Origin: Azolla caroliniana
Taxonomy: Eukaryota > Plantae > Polypodiophyta
Assembly (NCBI GenBank): GCA_043228905.1
Contig: JBHGNT010000018.1
Span: 10,292,001-10,356,000, forward strand
Length of the DNA stretch: 64,000 nt
Direction: 5' to 3'
Of this stretch, positions 12,651 through 23,467 are shown piece by piece; position 1 is the stretch's first letter; every line of letters begins with the position of its first letter. A program made the position numbers and the translations under genes. The notes below the pieces were generated by a model. It saw only the letters and a program-made list of their open reading frames with translations, did not search any database and had not been told where the DNA came from.

Positions 12651-13443
12651 TAATGTAGGAGTATAGGAATAGAATATATAACAAATATGTATAGACTTAA
12701 TGTATTGATTCCATTCAAATGAGACAAATTGTGCGATGATGCAACAAGTAGTTGCCAACTGTTAAGAATTAGGTAGGTAATTAAGAGTTAATTAGTACCT
12801 AATTATGTGATAAAGTTAAGTGCGGAAGATTATGTGATATGTGTGTGTATATATGTGAGAGGAAGAGAGAGAGAGAGAGAGAGAGATACACTTATGAATA
12901 ACACAAGATGGGGGATGAGTAAGTATATTAACTTAGCATTATCATCATCTATCATCAAATACAAAAATACCTTCAATGAGGTATATATAGGTTTCATGTG
13001 CAAGGGTGCACATGTGCTTGTTATCGGCCGGCAAGGAGTCCAAAATACGGAGTGAAGGAATTAATTAGATATGGTTGTAAATGAGCATAGTGTGGACGGA
13101 CGGACTGGAAACGGTATGCCGTTCCAGATCCGGACGGATCCCGAATAGGTGCGAGAGGCACCGTTTTGTACTACGGGCCGGAAACCTATTTAAAGGCCCG
13201 GACCCCATTGTAATGACAGCGGATAATTAATAGAGCTTATGTTGTTTATACTTCTGTCTTGATTTCCGTTCTATAATTACTGTTATATCTTACGCGTGTA
13301 ATTAACCGAAGCATTCTAATCGTGTAACCTATGTAAGTCGGTGTAATCGTTGAATCTTAATCCTATGCCGTAATCACCCTTTGGTGAAGTGTCTCCGTGA
13401 CACCTTGTGTTAGGCCTTGTCCGGCTAGAGAATAACACAGTTT

Positions 13444-13455
13444 TGGCGACCACGA
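13444..13455 (+). promoter_or_regulatory. Primer binding site, probably tRNA-Arg type
   Basis: TGGCGACCACGA lies 6 nt after the 5' LTR and is complementary to a tRNA 3' end ...GUGGUCGCCA (tRNA-Arg(UCG)-like, from memory). Conserved in the copy at 3853-3866. Confidence 0.7.
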
Positions 13456-13488
13456 TTCCTGCTTTCTCGCAGCGAACGACGGTAATGG

Positions 13489-16400
13489 ATGACTAGACCA
13501 ACGCACGACTTGGTTACAGACCGAGCTCGACGCCTCGCCGAACGGCAAAGACGGCGTGAGACTTTCCAGCAAGCAGCGCAGGAAATTCGCTCGGATCGTT
13601 CGTTCTCCAACGAGATCCGGAGAGTCGCGGAGGAATCTCTCCGGTTACGGCAAACTCGCGACCAGGACGACGGAAGCAGTCTAAGTAGTCTCCGGGAAAC
13701 CGAACGACTCCTGGAGGCGCTGGCAAGCGGAGAAAACGAGGCAAAAGCCTTTTCAGCCTACGAATCGGATTCCGAAGGGGGATACAGCGTGCACACGAAC
13801 TACCGGAGCAGCAACGATACCCCCGGCGGCCCGGAAGACGACGGGTCGGATACCGTGCCGACTCCAGAACCGGAACCGCTCAACCAGGGCTATCCGGAAC
13901 CGCAAACGGAAGCCGTCAACCCACCAACACCGGAAGTGGAAGAAGCAAAGCCACCAACACCAACGAAAGAGCCGGCAAAGGTACCGGAAGAAGAGCCGGA
14001 AAAAGAACCGGAAAAAGGACCGGCAAAAGAACCGGAAGTGGAACCGGAGAAAGAACCGGAAAAATATCAACAAACGCCACTAAACCGCGGCCTAATACTG
14101 GACGACGACATGCCGTTCCAATACTCAAAGTATCGCGATGATCCGGACGCGGAAGCGCATGTTGATGACTTCGAGCAGACATGGGAAGCAAATCACACGT
14201 CCCAGCGAATGACACCGGAGGAAGAAGAACGCTCGAAGATAGCGGAATTCGGAGTCACGTTGGAGGGACCAGCGACACGATGGCGGCGGTCGCAGGACCC
14301 GGCGACCATCACAACATTTGCAGAATTAAAAGCAAAATTCTTGCATTTTTTCCACAAGGAGGTCGACCAAACGACAATGGTGGGCCTGTTTTATACGATC
14401 CGACAGGAGGCAGGGGAAAGCATTCCCCAATTCGTCATCCGTTTCCAACGAATGCATAGCCAGCTTGCCCGTGCACCCCCGGAGGAGGAATTACGGACGA
14501 TATTTTTAAACGCACTCCGGGAACCGTTACGCACGGTGTGTACGGTGATCGACTTTCGAGGATGCACCATCGATCAGGTCATTGACCGGGTCAGAGAAAT
14601 GGAAAAGACAAGCTCATGGCTTACGCTGGGAACACTGCAACGGGCGTTACCCACCGAGGAAGATCTCCGGTTCCGGCAGGCAATTCAATGCACAATCTGC
14701 TTGAATGCCGGACACTCGGCAGTAGAGTGCACCATGCGCACTCAGTGTGTGATTTGTCAATCCAAGAGTCATACAACGGACCGGTGCGAGTATAACCTGT
14801 TAAACCGACAAGCACCACCCGTCCGACGGATCGAGCCAAGAAGCAGCCAAGACGAAGATGAAGATCGTTGGCAAAAAATGAACCGGTACCGACCGGCACA
14901 CGATGTCCGGTACGGAGACAGGCAAGAGAATGATGGCCGGTACGGGAATCGGCGTGATAACTACGACCGGTATGAGCGATCGGACCGTTATCGAGAGCCC
15001 AACAGGCGACACGAGCAATACGACAGAGACCATTCCCCTGGTTACCGAAGGCACCAGGAGGACTACGGCCGATTTTACGATCCACCACGACCGGACTACC
15101 GAAATAAACATAAGAATAATAAGAAACGTAATTTCAAGAAAGGTGGTCACCCTAGGGACCCGGAACATGGAACCCCAAGGAGCCAACCGGCACAGAACGC
15201 ACCACTCGCTACGGGACCAACTCCGGCTACCAGCAATACCCGTAAAGAGTACTGCTACTACTGCAGGCAGGAAGGCCACTACAGTAACCAGTGCCCGGTA
15301 AAGAGCTACGAGAAACGACCAGCAGTTAATATGGTGGTTCCGGAAGTGACGGATGTACAGCAAGTAACCACACGGTCGAAAGGCATGGCCAAAGAGTGGG
15401 AAACACAAGAGGCCATACGAAAACAGGCAACAGAATGGGTGAAGGAAGCCAATGAAAGCAACGTCGCGGACGCGGAACGGCAAAAGGCGAATACCATAGG
15501 GAGTGCCGGCGGTAGCCACCCAGAAAACGAGACATGGCAAGCACTGCAAGAATGTCAGATCACGTTGCCGTTAGGAAGACTCTTGCAGCTCGTACCGCGA
15601 TTCACAGAAGGACTAAAAACGGTCATGACAGACGGTATAGCCCCACCGGCACCAGTCCTCTTCTCGAATCCGGAGGAGGGACCGACGGTGGTGGACATTA
15701 GTAGTCCGGCGATTACAGCTATTGTCAAAGGGCACGAACTTCCCGGCACCGTAATCGATGGAGGTTCCGGGGTGAACGTAATAAGCCTCCGTACGTGTGA
15801 TGCCTTGGGAATACATGAATGGGAGCCATGCCCGTTCTGGCTACGGATGGCGGATACGAGTTCGGTACGGCCGACGGGCTTAATACGGAAATTGGAAGTC
15901 ACCATAGGAGGTCACACATTTCATATCTCGGCTGTAGTACTGCAGCTACAGGCGCAAGGCGCGTACCCACTGCTGCTGGGCAGACCATGGTTGAAAACAG
16001 CACACATCAAGCAAAATTGGCGAAAAAATATGATTACCTTCCGGCGCGGAAAAGCCAAGGTCCGGGTACCAACACAACCACGGACGAGCAACGGTAAGGA
16101 ATGCACACCGCTGTATGCGGAATGTGTGAACATGCTTGAAGGATTGGCAGACGACGAAGAAGCCCAGTACTTGGAGGAACATCCGAAGATCGTACCACTC
16201 TTCGAGATTGACGTAGCTGAAGCCGTAGCCGCATACTTGCCGCAGCGGGACGACACCGAAGCCGAACCAGACAAAGATGCGATTCGGGAATTACGGCAAG
16301 CACAGGAAGCGTTGGAACGGGAAATGGCCGTTTCCCAACGGGTAAAAGCATCCCAGCTCAACGAAGTAAACCTAGAAAGCAAGGACGAATCAAAGCCGGT

Positions 16401-19338
16401 ACACATCGCCAAAGAAATGAAGCCGGAAGATAAAGCGGCGATGATCAAACTTCTCACGGAGTTTCGCGACGTATTCGCCTGGTCATACGAAGACATGCGA
16501 GGGCTGGACCCTCAATTATATCAACATCAAATCCACTTAGGCAAGGACGCGAAACCAGTGGCGCAAAGACGATACCGAATGAACCCCAACTACGCCGCCA
16601 AAGTGAAGGAGGAAATCGACAAACTCCTAAGAGTGGGCTTCATCCGGCCGGTAAAGAAAGCGACGTGGCTGAGCCCCATCGTCGTCGTCCCAAAGAAGAA
16701 CGGTAAAATCCGTGTGTGTGTAGATTACAGGAAACTAAATGCCGCCACAATTACGGATGCATTCCCTCTTCCGTTCACGGATGGAGTACTGGATGCCGTC
16801 GTCGGCCATGACGTTTATAGCTTTTTAGACGGCTTCAGCGGATACAATCAAATCCGAATGCACCCCGACGACCAGGAGAAGACAGCGTTCGTCACCGAAT
16901 GGGGGGTGTTTGTGGCCGAAGTCATGATGTTCGGTCTAAAAACGGCACCAGCAACTTTCCAGCGAATCATCATGGAGATCTTCGGCGAATACATTCCTGC
17001 CTTCATGCAAGTTTTCCTGGATGATTTTGCAGTCTATAGCCGGGGAAAAGACCATTTGCAGCACCTACGGTTATGCCTTGAAAAGTGTAGGTTATACCGG
17101 CTAAGCTTAAACCCAGCAAAATGCATCTTTGGGGTTTCAAGTGGAATATTGCTGGGACACATTGTAAGTAAGGAGGGCATTGCGGTCGACCCGGACAAAG
17201 TAAACGCCATACTAGGGGCACCGGCACCGAAAACGGCCAAAGCACTAAGCCGATTCTTAGGACAGATCCGGTGGCACAGCCGGATGCTCCGTCACTTGGC
17301 TGACTTGGCTACACCATTACACACCGCGGTACATCGGACACCGTTCCAATGGACGGATACGGAGGATAAGGCATACAATGCCCTGAAGGTACTTTTATCG
17401 CAAGCACCCGTCGTGCAGCCTCCGGATTGGAGCAAGGAATTTCATGTGTTCGTGGACGCTTCCGACATCGCTATTGGCAGCGCCTTAATGCAACTTACGG
17501 AGCCTAAATGGTACCGGCCGGTATATTACGCCAGCCGGAAGCTGTCCCAAGCGGAAAAGAACTATTCAACGACAGAACGGGAGGCCCTGGGCATGATCTA
17601 CAGTGTAACAAAGTTTCGTCATTACCTATTGGGAAGGAAGTTCTCCTTCCATGTGGATCACTCGGCGCTCCTGTACTTAGTATCCAAGGCGTCCTTGACC
17701 GGTAAGTTGGCCCGTTGGACCTTGCTGTTGCAGGAGTTCGAATTCGAGATATTCCACCGCCCCGGTATCCAGCATGCCGTAGCAGACTACCTGAGCCGGT
17801 TAGAGTCCGGAGAAGCAGGCGACGGAGTAGCGGATGAATTCCCGGACGCAGAGTTATTCCGTATCACCCCGGAAACGGCAGCAGACGACACGGTGGCATC
17901 AGAAGATAGGTGGCTGACAAACATGCACCAGTTCCTAAGCACGGGCCTGCCACCGGAGGAAATGAACCGGGACGAGAGGAAACGACTGGCGGTGCAGAGC
18001 CGCAATTTCTGTCTATTACGGGACACTCTCTACCACAAGGGAGCAGATGGAATATGGAGACGGGCAGTCCGTAGTGACGAGCAAGAAGTAATCTTACGGG
18101 CAGCACACTGTGGGGTTGCCGGAGGACACTATGCCGGGGAAGCGACGGCAAGGAAAGTATGGCAGAGCGGCTTGTGGTGGCCCACGACGTTAAAAGACGC
18201 CGTCAAGTATGCTAAGGAATGTGACCTATGCCAACGAATGGGCCAGCCTACGGAGCAAGCACGGATGCCACACCAACCGGTACTTCCACTAGAGCCATTC
18301 CAGAAGTGGGGGTTGGATTTTGTCGGACCGTTCAAGCCACCGGCAATGAGAACGGGTAATCGATATGTCATCGTGGCAACGGATTATTGCACTAAATGGG
18401 TGGAAGCTAAGGCCCTGAGAGACAACACCGCGTCATCCACAGCAAAATTCCTGTACGAAAACATTTGGTGCCGGTATGGATGTCCGATTGAATTAATCAG
18501 CGACCAAGGAGGCCACTTCCTTGGACAGGTAGTGGAAAGCTTGACAACGTTCTATGCCGTGGTCCATAAACGAAGCACACCGTACTACCCACAGGCGAAC
18601 GGGTTAGCAGAGTCCACCAACAAAACGCTGCAGAACATTCTCCGCAAAATTGTCAATGAAAACCGGACGGACTGGGACACAAAGCTCCATAGTGCGCTAT
18701 GGGCGTACAGAACGGCATACAAAACAAGTATCCGGACAACACCGTTCCGGTTAGCATTCGGCTTAGAAGCGGTCATGCCGGTCGAGTTTCAGGTACCAAG
18801 CTTACAGATCCAACTACGGGAACGGCTGAATGAAAAGAAGTCGGAGGAAATGCGGCTAGCAGCACTATGCGAACTGGAGGAGCAACGGCTGGCCAGCATC
18901 CTACACATGGAACTGGAGCAACGACGACGGAAAGCGTTCGTTGACCGTCACCGGAAAGGTAATGAGAAGATGTTCGAAATCGGAAAGCCGGTGCTAGTAT
19001 TCCAAACGAGGATGGGCAAGATGCCGGGTAAACTTCGGTTCAGATGGACAGGCTCGTATTGGCTGACAAGGGAATATAACGGGTCCTATCAGATAGGGAC
19101 ACTTGCCGGTGAAGTACTAGGCAAGTGGGTGAACGGATTTCGACTAAAGCCCTATAAAGGACCGATGCCAAAGAACCCGTTTATGCAGCAAACCGGCACT
19201 ATACCGGGAACCTGTCCGGGATCGGTACGGATCGATCCGGAAGAAAAAGACGACGGGGAACCCGTAGCAGAGACGAAGGAAGACACGGCAACCCGTAAGG
19301 AAAACGGTAAGGGTCCGAAGGGACCTACGGATGTGTAA
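13489..19338 (+). CDS. Gag-Pol polyprotein, 1949 aa (gag, three CCHC knuckles, aspartic protease, RT, RNase H, integrase)
   Basis: CTICLNAGHSAVEC, CVICQSKSHTTDRC, CYYCRQEGHYSNQC; VIDGGSGVN; QVFLDDF; FVDASD..EREAL; H..GH..CDLC; GLDFVGP..ISDQG..NGLAES. No chromodomain. Confidence 0.96.
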   Translation: MTRPTHDLVTDRARRLAERQRRRETFQQAAQEIRSDRSFSNEIRRVAEESLRLRQTRDQDDGSSLSSLRETERLLEALASGENEAKAFSAYESDSEGGYSVHTNYRSSNDTPGGPEDDGSDTVPTPEPEPLNQGYPEPQTEAVNPPTPEVEEAKPPTPTKEPAKVPEEEPEKEPEKGPAKEPEVEPEKEPEKYQQTPLNRGLILDDDMPFQYSKYRDDPDAEAHVDDFEQTWEANHTSQRMTPEEEERSKIAEFGVTLEGPATRWRRSQDPATITTFAELKAKFLHFFHKEVDQTTMVGLFYTIRQEAGESIPQFVIRFQRMHSQLARAPPEEELRTIFLNALREPLRTVCTVIDFRGCTIDQVIDRVREMEKTSSWLTLGTLQRALPTEEDLRFRQAIQCTICLNAGHSAVECTMRTQCVICQSKSHTTDRCEYNLLNRQAPPVRRIEPRSSQDEDEDRWQKMNRYRPAHDVRYGDRQENDGRYGNRRDNYDRYERSDRYREPNRRHEQYDRDHSPGYRRHQEDYGRFYDPPRPDYRNKHKNNKKRNFKKGGHPRDPEHGTPRSQPAQNAPLATGPTPATSNTRKEYCYYCRQEGHYSNQCPVKSYEKRPAVNMVVPEVTDVQQVTTRSKGMAKEWETQEAIRKQATEWVKEANESNVADAERQKANTIGSAGGSHPENETWQALQECQITLPLGRLLQLVPRFTEGLKTVMTDGIAPPAPVLFSNPEEGPTVVDISSPAITAIVKGHELPGTVIDGGSGVNVISLRTCDALGIHEWEPCPFWLRMADTSSVRPTGLIRKLEVTIGGHTFHISAVVLQLQAQGAYPLLLGRPWLKTAHIKQNWRKNMITFRRGKAKVRVPTQPRTSNGKECTPLYAECVNMLEGLADDEEAQYLEEHPKIVPLFEIDVAEAVAAYLPQRDDTEAEPDKDAIRELRQAQEALEREMAVSQRVKASQLNEVNLESKDESKPVHIAKEMKPEDKAAMIKLLTEFRDVFAWSYEDMRGLDPQLYQHQIHLGKDAKPVAQRRYRMNPNYAAKVKEEIDKLLRVGFIRPVKKATWLSPIVVVPKKNGKIRVCVDYRKLNAATITDAFPLPFTDGVLDAVVGHDVYSFLDGFSGYNQIRMHPDDQEKTAFVTEWGVFVAEVMMFGLKTAPATFQRIIMEIFGEYIPAFMQVFLDDFAVYSRGKDHLQHLRLCLEKCRLYRLSLNPAKCIFGVSSGILLGHIVSKEGIAVDPDKVNAILGAPAPKTAKALSRFLGQIRWHSRMLRHLADLATPLHTAVHRTPFQWTDTEDKAYNALKVLLSQAPVVQPPDWSKEFHVFVDASDIAIGSALMQLTEPKWYRPVYYASRKLSQAEKNYSTTEREALGMIYSVTKFRHYLLGRKFSFHVDHSALLYLVSKASLTGKLARWTLLLQEFEFEIFHRPGIQHAVADYLSRLESGEAGDGVADEFPDAELFRITPETAADDTVASEDRWLTNMHQFLSTGLPPEEMNRDERKRLAVQSRNFCLLRDTLYHKGADGIWRRAVRSDEQEVILRAAHCGVAGGHYAGEATARKVWQSGLWWPTTLKDAVKYAKECDLCQRMGQPTEQARMPHQPVLPLEPFQKWGLDFVGPFKPPAMRTGNRYVIVATDYCTKWVEAKALRDNTASSTAKFLYENIWCRYGCPIELISDQGGHFLGQVVESLTTFYAVVHKRSTPYYPQANGLAESTNKTLQNILRKIVNENRTDWDTKLHSALWAYRTAYKTSIRTTPFRLAFGLEAVMPVEFQVPSLQIQLRERLNEKKSEEMRLAALCELEEQRLASILHMELEQRRRKAFVDRHRKGNEKMFEIGKPVLVFQTRMGKMPGKLRFRWTGSYWLTREYNGSYQIGTLAGEVLGKWVNGFRLKPYKGPMPKNPFMQQTGTIPGTCPGSVRIDPEEKDDGEPVAETKEDTATRKENGKGPKGPTDV

Positions 19339-19724
19339 GGTCACACACCGTCATTAAAAATTGAAAAAAAAAAATAAAAAATAAATAAAATAAAAAAACA
19401 TTAAAAATCGAGGTATGAACGGGTGTGAAAGCAAGGAGCGAAAAGGTACGTAGTGGGCATTTAAGAGACGCCAGGCTACTTAATACTAAATTGGTACACG
19501 ACGTGTGCATGCTCGAAAAAGGCGCCAAAACGCACAAAGAAGAAGCAGAACGCATGGAGACCTTTTCATTTCGCGAGCCAAGAAGCACAGAAGCACCAAG
19601 ACAGTGGAAGCTGAGCAAACGCGAACCTGCACGCAGAGAACCCCCACGTTCAGAACGCTCTCTCTCTCGTCCTCACTCTCATCACCACTCTAGCTTGCCA
19701 TCTTTCCTCGACCTCGAAGCAGAC

Positions 19725-22424
19725 ATGGAACCACAAACGCTGTCGGAAGCGGCCAGGAAATGGTTCAGACAACACGGACTGGAGGGGTTCTTGGCCATCA
19801 TGGAAGCACCACCGCACAGAGAAGCCGACCAGGTCATCAAGGAGCTCGACAAGGAAGTCATCACCGAGGAAGCGATCCGTGCGCTAACAGGCCTTCCGGA
19901 GGGAGGAATTTTTCAGATTGATAATCCAACCTCGGAGCAACTCACCCGATATTTCGGTGAGTACTCTGTTGCCGGCAAAGGCTATCGGACGCAGGGCGGC
20001 GAAGATCCGCTATTCAGGGAGATAGCTCGAGTGCTCCATGAGTACGGTCACGTGTACCCCCGACCCCCTGTCATGCCAAAAAATCGGGCAGGGATGATCA
20101 TAGCCACCTATGAAGGGGTCAAGGTGGACTGGCCGGTGTTGATTGCAGACGGTTTGTGCACGGCAATCGACATGGTACGAGGAAAGGACGGCAAGGAGGG
20201 CCGGAAGCTGTGGCACGCCGTAGCTCAATGGATAACATTGCTCGTGCCGCCGGTCGAGACCGTCCAGCCAAAGAAGCGGCCAAGAGTATCGGAAGGAAGC
20301 ACCTCGAAGCCGGCGTCCAAACGACAGCAACTGCTGGCGTCGAGGGCGACGAAAGGGAAGAAACGGGTCCCAGAACCGGAGGAGGTGTCACCGGTCCGAC
20401 CCGTCAAGATAACCTTACGGAGACCGGGACAGAAGGAACCGGAACCCTTGACGGCACAGACACATGCCGTGACACAGGAAGAGGAAACGGAGGAGCCAGA
20501 AGAGCACCTCCAACGACGGTCAAGAAGTAGGACCGCCAAGACAGGAGGGGAGCGGTCGTACCCGCGAGAGGCAGAAACGCCCCCAACTCAGCCTGAGCAA
20601 ACCACAAGGGAAGAACCGGAACCGGTGCGTAGGGAACCGGTCTTGTCGACTTCTATAGAAGAAGTCAGTCCAACGGCTCCGGAGACGGCGAGAACCGGAA
20701 CTCAACAGCCGGCGAGCCCAGCCAGAGCACACGGCGGCCAAGGAGTAGAACCAGAACGGCATATGCAGGCACTCAGGCCAGACAAGTCCACAGTGAATGA
20801 GCCGACCCGACCAGTACAGCAACAAGGCACCAGTAGCATGTGGCTACGGTGGGTAGGCGAGCAAATCGCCGGAGTGGTCGAGTATATAGAGGCGGAAGAG
20901 AGAGCGCACCAGGAACGGTTGCTCGTCACAACCGTAGATCTAGAGACGGCCCGGTCCAGAATCCGGAGCCTTGAACAAGACTTGGACAGGGTCACAAGGG
21001 AAATGGCTCAAGTGGCTTTGACAACACAAGTCCAAGCACCGGTGACTCCGGGCAATGTACAGAATAAAGCGGCAGATCAACCTGTACATAGCAATCAGAC
21101 CCCGGCAACGGAAACCGTTCCGGAGAGAAATGCGGCACAAGCCCAAGAGCTTGCGGATTTAAAGGATGAGCTTGCTGCCCAAGAAGCGCTGAGGAGCCGC
21201 GAAAGAGAATTGAAGACGGCAGCGGAGGCAGAACTCAAAAAGACTGCTGAGAATCTACGCCGGGCCGAGGAGAGCTTACGGAAAGGCCACCAAGCGTACG
21301 ACCGGCTCAAGGAGGAGAAGGAGAAAATGCTGCAAGAGAAGGAGAGGCTCCGGAGGAACGCCGAAACAGAAGTAGAGCGCCTGAAAGAGGAACTCCGGCA
21401 GGTAAAGGACCGGGAGGACCGGAACCATCGCCAGATCAACGGCAAGCTCAAACAAAAAACGGAGGAATTTGAGAACTTGCACCGGGAGTATAAACGGTTG
21501 CAAACGGAGCACAAGGAACGGACGGATGAGCTCCGGCAAGCAGTTGATCGGACCGCAACCGCATTCGCCAAGGAACAAGCGGAAAACAGAAGACGGTTGG
21601 AAGAGGCGGAGAAGGTTCGGACAGAGCTCCTCAGGCAACAGCAGGCGGAAAAAGAAAGAGCGGCGGAGGTACTGCAGAGGCTGCAAACGACATATCAAGG
21701 GCAGCTGACGCGCTACAGAGAGTAGGCGGAGGATACGGCAAATCTCATCAAGCAGTTGAAGGAGGAGCGACAAGTGGTGGAAAGCAGAGCGCAAATGGGA
21801 GCAAGTCGCATCCAGGATATAATGCGGGCCTGGTTGAACCAGACCAAGAGCTTGATTGACAACGGGTCCGTCAAATGGTGGACCAAGTGGGCCACGAACG
21901 CGGCGGAACTCCAATTGCTCCGGGCTGACGTAGAGAACCGGCGGAAGGAGGGAGATGATTGCTATATGCTGACTTCCGAAGACTTCACCGGCATAAGAGA
22001 TGAGCTTGCCGAAGACTTTCAAGCCTTGGCAGAGGACCAATTAGAGCAAGTCCGGCAACTTGTAGCTCAGCTGGATGACGACAGGCTGGAGGCGCAGATC
22101 CAGTTTGAAAGCTACGAGAGGTCCCGGATCCGGGGAGAGAAAGAACGAGAACCAGTTACGGTCAACCTCAGTGATGAGGAACCGTTACTGGAAGGAGACC
22201 GGACCGGAAGCAGTCAAACGGAGATGCCGGAGCCAGAGAGACAAACGGAGCAGCCGGAGTCAGCGGAACAAACGGAGCAGCAGCAGCAAGCAGAGCAAGC
22301 GGAGCAGCCTCAGTCCCAACCGCAACCACAGCAGCAGCAGCAAGCACAGCCGCAGCAACCACAACCGGAAGAACAAGTGGAAATTCTTGAACAAAGTATT
22401 TTGGACAATTTGGGTGAACAATGA
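19725..22424 (+). pseudogene. Extra 3' (env-position) ORF of ~899 codons with one in-frame TAG at 21723-21725
   Basis: Track ORFs 19425-21725 and 21756-22424 are in the same frame and separated by a single TAG. Likely ATG at 19725. An N-terminal globular region (ITEEAIRALTGLPEGG..KVDWPVLIADGL..WITLL) precedes a P/E/T-rich linker, a long E/K/R/Q coiled-coil-like region and a Q-rich tail. Confidence 0.85.
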
Positions 22425-23467
22425 AGGGGCCGAGAAGGGTTCGACGTACAAGGTACTGTCCCACGGGCGTGCCATGTGTTATCGGCCGGCAAGGAGTCCA
22501 AAATACGGAGTGAAGGAATTAATTAGATATGGTTGTAAATGAGCATAGTGTGGACGGACGGACTGGAAACGGTATGCCGTTCCAGATCCGGACGGATCCC
22601 GAATAGGTGCGAGAGGCACCGTTTTGTACTACGGGCCGGAAACCTATTTAAAGGCCCGGACCCCATTGTAATGACAGCGGATAATTAATAGAGCTTATGT
22701 TGTTTATACTTCTGTCTTGATTTCCGTTCTGTAATTACTGTTATATCTTACGCGTGTAATTAACCGAAGCATTCTAATCATGTAACCTATGTAAGTCGGT
22801 GTAATCGTTGAATCTTAATCCTATGCCGTAATCACCCTTTGGTGAAGTGTCTCCGTGACACCTTGTGTTAGGCCTTGTCCGGCTAGAGAATAACAGTGCT
22901 AGGAGAATATAGGTACAACGTGTAAGTCCTATATTAAATGAGCATGGAGTGATAGATCTACAATGTATCCCACTCAAGTACAAAATCCTATTTAAGGCTT
23001 TATGGTCAACACACTAACTAGATTCTATCTAGGTAACTACTAAGTTACATGTGTTGACTAACTAACTAAACTAAGTTGAGCTTGATCTCTTAACACCAAC
23101 GGTGTCTGTGTCTTTCTAATGAGAGATAATGCCTCTTCATGTGTTTCTTAGATGAGAGACCATACACATTATTATTTTTTATTTTATTATTTTCTATTTC
23201 CCCCCTAATGAAATTATAAAAGACATCATGTTCTCTTGCCTTCTACTTCGTTAATACTTTGACAAGGTTAGTATTTAAAAACAAAAGTGACTTAGATTAT
23301 AATTGTACAATTCACAAATTTTGAAGATGTACTTAAAAAGGCAAGAGTAGGACACATTGGTGTGTTCATCTCCTCTTCAAATTTATCATATAGAATGGAT
23401 TCTTAAGCACAAAATCCCAATTATTGCTTTGTGGCATGCATTCATTTAGTGAGCGAAATGTGTTTAT

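Larger units (their letters stand above)
13019..22895 (+). mobile_element. Full-length, young Athila-like (non-chromovirus) Ty3/gypsy LTR retrotransposon with an extra 3' ORF
   Basis: 419-bp LTRs at 13019-13437 and 22477-22895 (TGTTAT..ATAACA, 2 mismatches by eye). TSD GTGCT at 13014-13018 and 22896-22900. Intact gag-pol. Confidence 0.97.
12760..23095 (-). mobile_element. Copia solo LTR (~454 bp: 12760-13018 plus 22901-23095) split by the Athila-like insertion
   Basis: TGTTAAG...CTTAACA termini; TSD CCAAC at 12755-12759 and 23096-23100; homologous to the copia 3' LTR at 29417-29904. Confidence 0.9.

Noticed and set aside
19425-19724. N-terminal 100 aa of the track's 766-aa ORF
   Set aside because: It starts at GTG and runs through low-complexity, UTR-like sequence; ATG 19725 is the more plausible start, although an in-frame ATG near 19554 cannot be excluded.
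13514-22501. Many antisense and alternate-frame ORFs over the Athila-like element
   Set aside because: Shadow ORFs of GC-rich coding sequence with no motifs.
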